Source of the DNA: an uncultured Bifidobacterium sp.
GTDB lineage: Bacteria; Acidobacteriota; Vicinamibacteria; Vicinamibacterales; CAVVIG01
DNA: 64,000 nt
Reading direction: 5' to 3'
Assembly (NCBI GenBank): GCA_964386715.1
Contig: CAYLTD010000006.1
Location: forward strand, 3,518 to 67,517
Numbering within the stretch: position 1 is the stretch's first letter; every line of letters starts with the position of its first letter. Below are positions 26,849 through 35,194 of this stretch, piece after piece. Below the pieces are notes generated by a model. It was not told the DNA's origin. It saw nothing but the letters and a program-made list of their open reading frames with translations, and made no database searches. The position numbers and the translations under genes were made by a program.

Positions 26849-27304
26849 CTAGGACACCAGCTTGTCGAGCGTCTTGCCGAGCGCGCGGAGTTCCTCAGCC
26901 GAGAGCGGTGCGAGCACCTCGGCCTGGAACTGCGCCAGCCCGGGGTCGATTGTCTCCAGCACGCGCAGGCCCTTCGCGGTAATGCGTGCGACGGAGTGCC
27001 GCCGGTTGTCGGGCGACCAGCCCCGCTCGATGAGGTGTTCCCGCTCGAGGCGGTCGAGGATGCGAGTGACGTCCGGCGCCCGGCGTATGAGGCGACTGGC
27101 AATCTCGAATCTCGGATGGCCCGCCGGCGCGCCGCGCAGGATGCGAAGCACGTTGTATTGGGTGTGCGTGATGCCCTGCGCGCCGCACAGCTCGTCCAGG
27201 CGCTGATTCAGCCGTTCGGCCACGACGAGCAGGCCGACGAAGGCGGACTCGAGCGAGTTCCTGAACCGGGGCTGCTGCAGCCGCTCCTGTAGGTGCTTCT
27301 CCAT
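26849..27304 (-). CDS. MarR family transcriptional regulator
   Basis: Winged-helix region (THTQYNVLRIL...RLIRRAPDVTRILDRLEREHLIER). The ATG at 27304 is preferred over the GTG at 27334. Confidence 0.85.
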   Translation of the reverse strand: MEKHLQERLQQPRFRNSLESAFVGLLVVAERLNQRLDELCGAQGITHTQYNVLRILRGAPAGHPRFEIASRLIRRAPDVTRILDRLEREHLIERGWSPDNRRHSVARITAKGLRVLETIDPGLAQFQAEVLAPLSAEELRALGKTLDKLVS

Positions 27305-27317
27305 AATGACCACGACA

Positions 27318-27338
27318 ATATGTGTTTCAAACACACGT
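27318..27338. promoter_or_regulatory. candidate MarR operator 2 (marR / divergent operon control region)
   Basis: ATATGTGTTTCAAACACACGT contains the perfect 7-1-7 inverted repeat TGTGTTT-c-AAACACA (27321-27335), 17 nt upstream of the marR ATG. Confidence 0.45.
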
Positions 27339-27443
27339 TGTCAAGCCCCACCTGCAGGCCACATCGTCCCATGCCGCGGATCCCGGCGGTATGAGCTCCG
27401 TCCGGGGCTGTCACGTTTCCGCCCCCTCGTTCGTCATCCGATC

Positions 27444-27845
27444 ATGAACACGACACGCACACAGATCCGCTGGCTCGTCGGGATCGTTCTTGCGCACCTT
27501 GCGGTGTCGCTCGTCCACGGCGCGGCGCACACCGGCGCCCATGTGCCGCTCGGCCCCGCGGCCCACCTCTTTGTCGTCACCGTCATCCTGACAGGTCCAC
27601 TGGTGGGCATCGCGGCGATCCGTATGGCACGCCGCGTCGCCGCCCTGCTCGTCGCCGCCACCATGACTGGCGCGCTGCTCTTCGGAATCCTGAGTCACTT
27701 CGTTCTCGGGAGTCCCGACCACGTTGCGCAGGTCGACGTCGAATGGCGGCCGCTCTTCGCGGTGACGGCTGGCTTGCTGGCTGTCACCGAGGCACTGGGC
27801 GCCGGGCTCGCCATTCGCCTGTCGCGGCAGGAGCCGCTGTCATGA
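27444..27845 (+). CDS. small integral membrane protein, unknown function
   Basis: Four predicted TM helices. It is divergent from marR, and its stop overlaps the next start. Confidence 0.5.
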   Translation: MNTTRTQIRWLVGIVLAHLAVSLVHGAAHTGAHVPLGPAAHLFVVTVILTGPLVGIAAIRMARRVAALLVAATMTGALLFGILSHFVLGSPDHVAQVDVEWRPLFAVTAGLLAVTEALGAGLAIRLSRQEPLS

Positions 27846-28747
27846 AGGTCCTGGTTGCCGGAGGCACAGGAACGATCGGTCTTCCGCTGGTGCACGCGCT
27901 CGTCAGCAGCGGCCATCAGGTAACGGCGCTGTCCCGCTCGAAGACCCGCCATGCCCAGCTTCGCGACGCCGGGGCGACGGCGCTTGCGGTGGACGCACTC
28001 GATCCGAGTGCGATTCGCGCGGCGGTCGTTGAATCACGTCCGACACACGTCATCCACCAGCTGACGGCACTGCCGAAGGAGGGGCCGAAGCACAGCCGCG
28101 ACATCGAGGCGACGAATCGCCTGAGGATCGACGGGACCCGGAACCTGATCGAGGCATCCATTCAGGCCGGCGTCCAACGGCTCATCGTGGGATCCTTTGC
28201 GATACTGGCGCATGCCGCGGATGCCGGGGCGCAGGCCTCTGCGGCGGCCGACGCGGTCGCGTCGATGGAGCGGCAGGTTCTGGATGCGTCCGCGCGTGGC
28301 GCTCTCGAGGGGATCGTGCTCCGATACGGGATGTTCTACGGCAGCCAGGTGCCGTCCACGCAGGCACTCGTCGCCATGGTTCACCGTCGCCGCATGCCTG
28401 TCATCCGCAACGATGCGGGCCAGCTGCCGTTCGTGCACATCGACGATGCCGTGAACGCCACGGTACGCGCGCTCGACCGGGGGGCCCCTGGCACCGTGGT
28501 GGACGTCGTGGACGACCGGGCGGTCAGTTTCGCCGAATTCGTCGGGGCCATCGCTGCTGCCACAGGGGCGCCGAAACCACTCCGCGTGCCGGGCTGGGTC
28601 GCGCGGCTGCTGGCACCCGCGATGGCGAGGATGCTCGCGGTGCAGTTGCCCCTGGCGAACACCACGGCGCGAACCGAGCTCGGCTGGCGGCCAAACTACC
28701 CGACTATCGCCCACGGATTGACAGGGATGCTGAGGACGGCGGCGTAA
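27842..28747 (+). CDS. NAD(P)-dependent epimerase/dehydratase family (SDR) protein
   Basis: MKVLVAGGTGTIG Rossmann motif. ATGA overlap with the upstream gene. Confidence 0.8.
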   Translation: MKVLVAGGTGTIGLPLVHALVSSGHQVTALSRSKTRHAQLRDAGATALAVDALDPSAIRAAVVESRPTHVIHQLTALPKEGPKHSRDIEATNRLRIDGTRNLIEASIQAGVQRLIVGSFAILAHAADAGAQASAAADAVASMERQVLDASARGALEGIVLRYGMFYGSQVPSTQALVAMVHRRRMPVIRNDAGQLPFVHIDDAVNATVRALDRGAPGTVVDVVDDRAVSFAEFVGAIAAATGAPKPLRVPGWVARLLAPAMARMLAVQLPLANTTARTELGWRPNYPTIAHGLTGMLRTAA

Positions 28748-28749
28748 CC

Positions 28750-29643
28750 ATGGCTGACGACGTGTTCACCCGGGATCGGTCCCGGCTGTTCTCGATCGCG
28801 TACCGCATGCTGGGCAGCGCGTCCGATGCCGAGGACGTTCTCCAGGACGGCTGGTTGCGGTACCAGCGAGCGGACCATGCGACGATACGCTCGCCTGAGG
28901 CGTTTGCCACCACGATCGTCACGCGGCTGTGTCTCGATCGGCTGAAGTCCACGCGCGCGACCCGTGAGGAGTACATCGGTCCGTGGCTGCCCGAGCCGGT
29001 GCTGACGGCGGAGATCCAGACGCCGCAGGTGGCGGTCGAACGGGCCGAGTCGGTGACGCTGGCGTTCCTCGTGCTCCTGGAGACCCTCTCGGCGGAAGAG
29101 CGCGCGGTGTTCCTGCTGAAGGACGTGTTCGAGTACGACCACGCGGACATCGCACGCATGCTGGGGGTGTCGGCCGACAACTCGCGCCAGCTGCTGCATC
29201 GCGCCAAGGCCAGGCTTGCCGACAGGCGGCCCCGGCTGTCAGGGTCCGCGGAGTCACGCCGCGCGGCGGCAGAGCGCTTCGCGCGCGCGTTCGCGACCGG
29301 CGACGAGGCCGCGCTCACGGCGCTGCTGGCACCCGACGTGGGCATGTGGAGTGACGGCGGCGGCAAGGTGACCGCTGCGCGGCGTCCGTTGCGCGGCCGC
29401 GATCAGGTGAGGACCTTCCTGGTTGGCCTGCATCGCACGGCCCTGGCCGCAGGTCTGGCGAGCGACGTGTCGCTCTGGGTCGAGGACGTCAACTCGGAGC
29501 CCGCGGTCGTCATCCGCGTCGGTTCCCGGATCGAGGCGATCTTCGTGATGTCAATCGAGGAGCACGCCGTGACCGCCATCCGCGCCGTCCGAAATCCCGA
29601 CAAGCTCGCCCGGATTCAGCGGCAACTCTCGAAGCGCCACTGA
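28750..29643 (+). CDS. ECF-type RNA polymerase sigma-70 factor with SnoaL-like C-terminal extension (SigJ-like)
   Basis: Region 2 (LFSIAYRMLGSASDAEDVLQDGWLR), region 4 (VFLLKDVFEYDHADIARMLGVS) and a ~120-aa C-terminal domain. Confidence 0.85.
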   Translation: MADDVFTRDRSRLFSIAYRMLGSASDAEDVLQDGWLRYQRADHATIRSPEAFATTIVTRLCLDRLKSTRATREEYIGPWLPEPVLTAEIQTPQVAVERAESVTLAFLVLLETLSAEERAVFLLKDVFEYDHADIARMLGVSADNSRQLLHRAKARLADRRPRLSGSAESRRAAAERFARAFATGDEAALTALLAPDVGMWSDGGGKVTAARRPLRGRDQVRTFLVGLHRTALAAGLASDVSLWVEDVNSEPAVVIRVGSRIEAIFVMSIEEHAVTAIRAVRNPDKLARIQRQLSKRH

Positions 29644-29781
29644 CCGGGCCTGCGGGCGCGCCTCGTGAACCTGGCATGTCCAGCAACCGCGTCGGTGGTG
29701 CGACGAGATGCCTTCCACATCGCGCGCGGGTGGTTGTACGCTGGCCTCGCGATCGCCAGGCCTCCACACAGGATCTTCGCC

Positions 29782-30819
29782 ATGCCGTCCAGACGCGCCT
29801 TCCTGCACGCCGCCCTCGTGACGCCCGCGCTGACCCTTGCGGCGCGGGCCCAGCAGCCGGCCGTCCCACCGTCGCCGGTGCGGGACTGGTCCGGCCAGGC
29901 GCCGGTCCGCTACCCGGATCCGGATATCGTGGCCCTCGACCCGCGCTTCCGGCGCTACATGCTCGGCAACACGCCGATCCAGCGGCTGCACACCGGCACG
30001 CTGTGGGCGGAGGGGCCCGCGTGGAACGGCGTCGGCCGGTTCCTCGTCTGGAGCGACATTCCGAACAACCTTCAACTGCGCTGGGTGGAAGACGACGGGC
30101 GCGTGACCGTCTTCAGGAACCCCTCGGGCAACAGCAACGGCAACACCTTCGACCGCGAGGGACGGCAGCTCTCCTGCGAGCACGGGGGGCGAAGGGTGGT
30201 GCGCTACGAGCACGACGGCCGCGTGACGGTCATTGCCGAACGGTACCAGGGTAAGCGGCTGAACTCCCCGAACGATGCGGTGGCACACCAGGACGGCAGC
30301 ATCTGGTTCACGGATCCGATCTACGGCATCCGCGGCAACTATGAAGGCAACCGCGCGGAGTCAGAAATCCGGCCCGGCGTCTACCGCGCCGACCCGCAGT
30401 CGGGCCAAGTCTCGCTGATGACCGATGAACTGGGCGGACCCAACGGCCTCTGCTTCTCGCCCGACTACTCGCGGCTGTACGTGGCGGACACCGGCACCGG
30501 GCGAAGTCTGCGCGTCTTCGACGTCGACGGCGCGCGCGTCCGCAATCATCGGCAGCACGCCACGCTGACGGTCCCAGGCACGAACGAGCCCGCGGCGGCC
30601 GACGGCATCCGGAGCGACGTCGATGGCAACGTCTGGGCCGGGGCACGCCCCGGCGTGCAGGTCATCGCGCCGGACGGCGCCACCATCGGGATGATCCGGC
30701 TGCCCGAGAACTGCGCCAACGTGGCGTTCGGTGGGCGGAAGCGCAACCGTCTGTTCATGACGGCCAGCCAGTCGCTCTATGCCGTCTACGTGGACACCCA
30801 GGGCGCCGGGTTCGCCTGA
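29782..30819 (+). CDS. SMP-30/gluconolactonase/LRE family protein with Tat-type signal
   Basis: MPSRRAFLHAAL... signal. EGPAW, SNDIP, NSPND and PNGLCFSPD motifs of the six-bladed propeller. Confidence 0.85.
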   Translation: MPSRRAFLHAALVTPALTLAARAQQPAVPPSPVRDWSGQAPVRYPDPDIVALDPRFRRYMLGNTPIQRLHTGTLWAEGPAWNGVGRFLVWSDIPNNLQLRWVEDDGRVTVFRNPSGNSNGNTFDREGRQLSCEHGGRRVVRYEHDGRVTVIAERYQGKRLNSPNDAVAHQDGSIWFTDPIYGIRGNYEGNRAESEIRPGVYRADPQSGQVSLMTDELGGPNGLCFSPDYSRLYVADTGTGRSLRVFDVDGARVRNHRQHATLTVPGTNEPAAADGIRSDVDGNVWAGARPGVQVIAPDGATIGMIRLPENCANVAFGGRKRNRLFMTASQSLYAVYVDTQGAGFA

Positions 30820-31025
30820 ACGACCGCATGGACGGCGCCCGGGCCGTCACCGCAACTCCCTCGCGCGCGTGGTGATGATGCCAGCATGCCCATGCTGGAC
30901 GACATGCTTGGCGGCCTGCCGGCCAACTGCTGCGTCTTGATCACGCTGCCGCCGGCGTTGCCGGGATGTCGTCGGGTCTTCGGCCGGCGAGCGGTCGTGG
31001 ACGGCCCGGCGTTCGCGCAACGAGA

Positions 31026-31059
31026 AAGGGCCGGCAGTGCATGCACACTGCCGGCCCTT
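31026..31059 (-). terminator. intrinsic terminator hairpin (possibly bidirectional) between convergent genes
   Basis: AAGGGCCGGCAGTG-catgca-CACTGCCGGCCCTT is a perfect 14-bp stem. On the minus strand it is followed by TTTCTCG, 67 nt downstream of the radical-SAM stop. Confidence 0.65.
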
Positions 31060-31126
31060 GCGTTGACTCCGACTGGGCGCGAGGCGCGGTCCCAGGGGAC
31101 CTGCGTCCGCTGGAACGCGTGCTTGC

Positions 31127-33223
31127 CTACGCCTGCGGCTTGTCGTGCAGGACCTCCTGGACGTCCTGCTTCTTCTTGCCGCCGAGCCCCTGGATCTGGA
31201 TGGTCGGCTGCTCCTTGAGCACGTGCTGCGCGTAGAGCTTGGCCATCTCGGCGTGGTACTTCGGGTCGTGCTCCTTCTTGCGGGCCTGGAGCTTCTCCTC
31301 ACGGGCGTTCTTCGCGATGCCGAGCTCGTCGAGATCGGTCTGCGCGCCCTTGGCCACCGCTTCGGCGTTCAGCACCAGCGAGTGCTCGGTCGAGGCCAGC
31401 GGCACCTTCTTGTTGCCGGCGAAGATCTCGTGACGGCCGTGCTCCTCGTACCACTTGGTGAGGGTGGCCGTCATGTGCATCTTCTCGATGATGTTGCGCC
31501 AGCCGATGCCGGTGTTGTAGGCGCAGAACGAGATCTCGCCCTGCTGCGTGGCATACGGGATGATGCACATCTCGGTGCGGCGGAAGTCGTAGTTGAACAG
31601 ATCCTGGAACCACATGCCCGCGATGAATAGGAAGTTCCAGCGGTCCGAGCGCCGCTTCGCGATGTCGTCCTTGGTGATGTTTCCGCTGGTCTTGCCGTAC
31701 TTGCCCTTTTCGGCCGCCTTGGTTGCGCCGAAGGTCTTGTCGAACTTCTTCAGCAGGTCGCCGATCTTGAAGTGCGTCGGCGCCTTGAACGGGTCGTAAT
31801 TCCGCATCAGGGCGAGGGCCATGCCCAGCACCGAGAGGCTGCGGCTCCGGCCGCCGTCAGTGACCGCCGCCACGTCCTTGGCGAGCTGCTCGGCATTGAG
31901 GAACGCGGTGACCGGCACGGCCTCCTTCGTTTCCTTGTCGATCATCACGGCCATGCCGACGCCGCAGTTCGGGTGGCAGCCGCACGTGAGCTGACCCCAG
32001 TCCTTGTCTGGGCCGTGGACGACGTCCGCCCAGTCGGTGAAGGTGGACATGAACGAGATCGGGAACCAGTCGCGGGTGGGCTCGCCCAGGCCGGTCTGGT
32101 TCTTCACGTCGTGCGCGAGGTGCGACAGGGTGTAGCGCTGCGCGGCCCGCCGCTCGGGCGTGACCTCCTCGTCTCGGCCGGTGAACGACACCGGCTGGAA
32201 CGAGAGGAAGTTGATCTTCTTCGGGTTGTCGAGCGCGAACTCGACCACGCGGCCGACCTGCTCGTTGTTCACGCCATTGACGATCGTGATGACCGGGACG
32301 ATGTCGACGCCGGCGCTGTGCAGGTTCTCGATCGCGCGCAGCTTGACGTCGAACAGGTTGCCCACGCGCCGGTGCGAGTTGGCGGCGTTGCCGATGCCGT
32401 CGAACTGCAGGTACGCGTAGCGCAGGCCGGCCTCGGCAGCCGCCTTCGCGAACTCCGGATCCTTGGCGAACTCGATGCCGTTGGTCGCCGCCTGCACGCT
32501 GGCGTAGCCGACCTTGCGTGCATAGCGGACCGCGTCCAGGAAGTACGGCGAAATCGTGGGCTCACCACCCGAGAACTGCACCGACATCTGCCGCTTCGGC
32601 TTGATGCTGATCGCGTTGTCGAGCACCTGCTTGATGTCGTCCCAGGTCAGCTCGTGCACGAACCCAACCTGGTTCGCGTCCATGAAGCAGGGGTCGCACA
32701 TCATGTTGCAGCGGTTGGTGAGGTCCACGGTGAGCACCGAGCCCCGGCCGTGCAGGATGGTGCTGCTGCCGTGGTTGTGCAGCTTCTCGTCGTTGTGCGC
32801 GCGGATGTCACGACCCGGGAACACCTGCTCGAGGTGCTTGAAGAACTCCGTGTCGATCGCCATCACGTCCTCGAAATGGCCGTGGATCGGGCAGTCCTTC
32901 ACCATCAGGATCTTGCCGTCGCGCTCGAGGATCGTGGCCTTGATCTCGCCGACCTTGTCGTTGAGCAGGACGCTGACATCCTTCTTGCCGTCGAGAATCT
33001 CCTGGCGCGCCTCCCGGACGCACACCGGGCACAGCGAATCGGTCTCACGCGGCCAGCCGAGCGGCGGCTTGCTCTTCTGATACGACTTCTGCAGCGGCTT
33101 GTCCGACCACTTCGGAGTGAACGACGGGCGCTGATTCACCTTGTTCAGCGCGTTGAACACCACCCAGGCGCCGTTCGCGGCGTAGGACAGCCCTTTCTCG
33201 AAGTACTTGATGGGCGCGTGCAT
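31127..33223 (-). CDS. radical SAM protein, Tes/GDGT-MAS (MJ0619)-family-like putative membrane-spanning-lipid synthase
   Basis: CNMMCDPC (Cx3Cx2C, 32687-32710), N-terminal CPVC...CPIHGH ribbon, extra Cys clusters (CGCHPNC) and an AGGAGA SD. The family assignment is from memory of the family layout and was not searched. Confidence 0.7.
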   Translation of the reverse strand: MHAPIKYFEKGLSYAANGAWVVFNALNKVNQRPSFTPKWSDKPLQKSYQKSKPPLGWPRETDSLCPVCVREARQEILDGKKDVSVLLNDKVGEIKATILERDGKILMVKDCPIHGHFEDVMAIDTEFFKHLEQVFPGRDIRAHNDEKLHNHGSSTILHGRGSVLTVDLTNRCNMMCDPCFMDANQVGFVHELTWDDIKQVLDNAISIKPKRQMSVQFSGGEPTISPYFLDAVRYARKVGYASVQAATNGIEFAKDPEFAKAAAEAGLRYAYLQFDGIGNAANSHRRVGNLFDVKLRAIENLHSAGVDIVPVITIVNGVNNEQVGRVVEFALDNPKKINFLSFQPVSFTGRDEEVTPERRAAQRYTLSHLAHDVKNQTGLGEPTRDWFPISFMSTFTDWADVVHGPDKDWGQLTCGCHPNCGVGMAVMIDKETKEAVPVTAFLNAEQLAKDVAAVTDGGRSRSLSVLGMALALMRNYDPFKAPTHFKIGDLLKKFDKTFGATKAAEKGKYGKTSGNITKDDIAKRRSDRWNFLFIAGMWFQDLFNYDFRRTEMCIIPYATQQGEISFCAYNTGIGWRNIIEKMHMTATLTKWYEEHGRHEIFAGNKKVPLASTEHSLVLNAEAVAKGAQTDLDELGIAKNAREEKLQARKKEHDPKYHAEMAKLYAQHVLKEQPTIQIQGLGGKKKQDVQEVLHDKPQA

Positions 33224-33456
33224 TCGTGTCGTCTCCTGTAAATGACGAGGTGTCGGGTCGACGGACCCTGAATTGCCGTAAATCATAGACCGGAAAAGGC
33301 TTGGCATACATCGCTTATCGGCGAGCTGGCGTACGGCGGGGCTGAGTGGGCAGATCGCCCGGTTGAGAGGGCAGCGGCGGCTCCAACGGCCGGGCTGCCT
33401 TCCCGGTGCACGGCGCTTCCGGGTGGCCCGACCGGGTGCCCCCCGCCAGCGACATC

Positions 33457-33462
33457 TACAAT
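33457..33462 (+). promoter_or_regulatory. -10 box TACAAT; predicted leaderless ypdA-like gene
   Basis: TACAAT-caggct-ATG(33469). Confidence 0.5.
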
Positions 33463-33468
33463 CAGGCT

Positions 33469-34464
33469 ATGGCCCTCCACGACCTCCTCATCATCGGCGC
33501 CGGCCCCGCAGGCCTGGCGGTCGCCATCGCGGCGGCAGAAGCCGGCGTCGATTACGTGGTGGTGGAGAAGGGCGTCCTGGTGAACTCCATCTTCAACTTC
33601 CCGCCGGGTATGACCTTCTTCACCACCCCCGACCTGCTCGAGATCGGACGCCTGCCCTTCGTCACGCCCTACGAGAAGCCAACGCGAGGCGAGGCGCTCC
33701 GCTACTACCGGCGGGTGGCCGACACCTATCGCCTGCGCATCGTGTTTGGCGAGGAGGTGCTCGGCATTACACGCGAGGAAATCGAGGGGCGCACGCAGTT
33801 CGTGGTGGATTCACGGTCCGACAGAGGAGTGCGGCAGGGTCGCCGCGCGCGAGCCGTGGTCTTCGCCGTCGGGTACTACGACCAGCCAAACCGCCTCGGC
33901 ATTCCCGGGGAGGACTTCCCGCACGTCGCGCACTACTACGGCGACCCGCACGAACACTACCGCCGGAACGTGCTCGTCGTCGGCGGCAAGAACTCGGCGG
34001 CCATTGCCTCGCTCGAGCTGTACCGCGCCGGCGCGTCTGTCACGCTGGTCCACCGGGGCCAGACGCTCTCGGACCGCATCAAGTACTGGATCCGTCCGGA
34101 CATCGAGAACCGGATCAAGGAAGGATCCGTCATCGCCTACTTCCAGGCCTGCGTCACCGAGATCCGCCCGACCTCGGCGCTCGTGCGGCTCGCCTCGGAC
34201 GACGTGCGCGAGGTCCCCGCTGACGCGGTCCTGCTGCTCACCGGCTATCACCCCGACTTCGCCCTGCTCACCGGAGCCGGCGTTGCGCTCGGACCCCGCC
34301 GCGAGCCGGTGTTCGACCCGGAAACCATGGAGACCAACGTCCCCGGCGTCTTCGTGGCGGGCGGCCTCGTGGGCGGCCTCGACACCGGGGCGATCTTCAT
34401 CGAGAATGGCCGGTTTCACGGCGAGCAGATCGTGAAGCGGCTCCGATACATCCTCTCCAGCTGA
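33469..34464 (+). CDS. ypdA: YpdA-family FAD/NAD(P)-dependent oxidoreductase (putative bacillithiol-disulfide reductase type)
   Basis: DLLIIGAGPAGLAVA...VNSIFNFPPGMTFFTTPDLLEIG..PF...KPTRGEALRYYRRV closely follows the YpdA N-terminal pattern. Confidence 0.75.
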   Translation: MALHDLLIIGAGPAGLAVAIAAAEAGVDYVVVEKGVLVNSIFNFPPGMTFFTTPDLLEIGRLPFVTPYEKPTRGEALRYYRRVADTYRLRIVFGEEVLGITREEIEGRTQFVVDSRSDRGVRQGRRARAVVFAVGYYDQPNRLGIPGEDFPHVAHYYGDPHEHYRRNVLVVGGKNSAAIASLELYRAGASVTLVHRGQTLSDRIKYWIRPDIENRIKEGSVIAYFQACVTEIRPTSALVRLASDDVREVPADAVLLLTGYHPDFALLTGAGVALGPRREPVFDPETMETNVPGVFVAGGLVGGLDTGAIFIENGRFHGEQIVKRLRYILSS

Positions 34465-34579
34465 GACCCCCGATGCGGCGATGCGCCGCCGCGCTCCTGT
34501 TCGCGGGTGCCTCCGGTTCGCGCTTGGCCATCGCGTCCTGGCTCAGTCTGGATTCGCCTGTGGCGGCGATGGTCCGGCC

Positions 34580-34924
34580 TCACCGCCGATCGTTGCGCCG
34601 GTCCTCCCGCCGATCGCGCCGGTCTTCGCGGCGGTCCCGTGTATCTTCCGCCCGGTCGCGCCGGTCTTCATGCCGGTCGCGCACGTCCTCGCGCCGGTCT
34701 CGAGCGCCGCCGTCGTGGCGGGCGTCCCATCGATCTTCGCGGCGGTCACGTACGTCCTCGCGGCGGTCGCGTCGGTCCTCGCGTGCGTCGCGTGCGTCTT
34801 CGCGGCGATCGCGCCTGTCCTCGATCCGGTCGCGCCTGTCGCGATTGGTGGACGCCGGCGCCTGCGCCAGTACCGGTGCGCTCACCATCGCCAGCAGTGC
34901 AATCGTGCTGAATGTCCTGAACAT
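34580..34924 (-). CDS. exported low-complexity protein composed of RDRRED-type charged heptads
   Basis: GGAGGAG SD and Sec signal MFRTFSTIALLAMVSAPVLAQA. The remaining ~87 aa are almost exclusively R, D and E. Confidence 0.55.
   Translation of the reverse strand: MFRTFSTIALLAMVSAPVLAQAPASTNRDRRDRIEDRRDRREDARDAREDRRDRREDVRDRREDRWDARHDGGARDRREDVRDRHEDRRDRAEDTRDRREDRRDRREDRRNDRR
34583..34843 (-). repeat. imperfect ~21-bp tandem repeat encoding (R-D-R-R-E-D-x)n
   Basis: About 11-12 degenerate heptad units can be read in the translated ORF. The same periodicity creates spurious Arg/Ser ORFs on the opposite strand. Confidence 0.7.
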
Positions 34925-35194
34925 GCGGCTCCTCCGTCGCTGAGTTCCCCGCATCGGCCCGACCGCCGGACCGCTGCGCTGCGAGGCGGATGAGCAAGCG
35001 CTGCGCCGGAGAGCGGCGCAGGTCTGTGACAGGTCTGTGACATCGACGGGCTGGCCCACACGAGTGTCGGGGAGCAGCTGGCCCCGGCGCAGGTGAGGGT
35101 CGCCTCGGCGGGCCTCGTGAACACGGCGCCACGGCGCCGGCTTGCCGCGGTTCTCGTGCTGATCCCGGTGGTAGGATCCGTGTGGCATTGTTCA

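Noticed and set aside
33302-33316. A sigma-54-like element, TGGCATacatcGCTT, in the rSAM/ypdA divergent region.
   Set aside because: The GG-to-GC spacing is two nt shorter than the -24/-12 consensus, and no enhancer-binding protein gene is nearby. The TACAAT box at 33457 explains ypdA transcription better.
34473-34993. Plus-strand ORFs encoding SRRSRRS-type Arg/Ser repeats.
   Set aside because: They are the reverse-complement reading of the RDRRED repeat. They have no SD or signal and no plausible start. Only the minus-strand frame has an SD, an ATG and a Sec signal.
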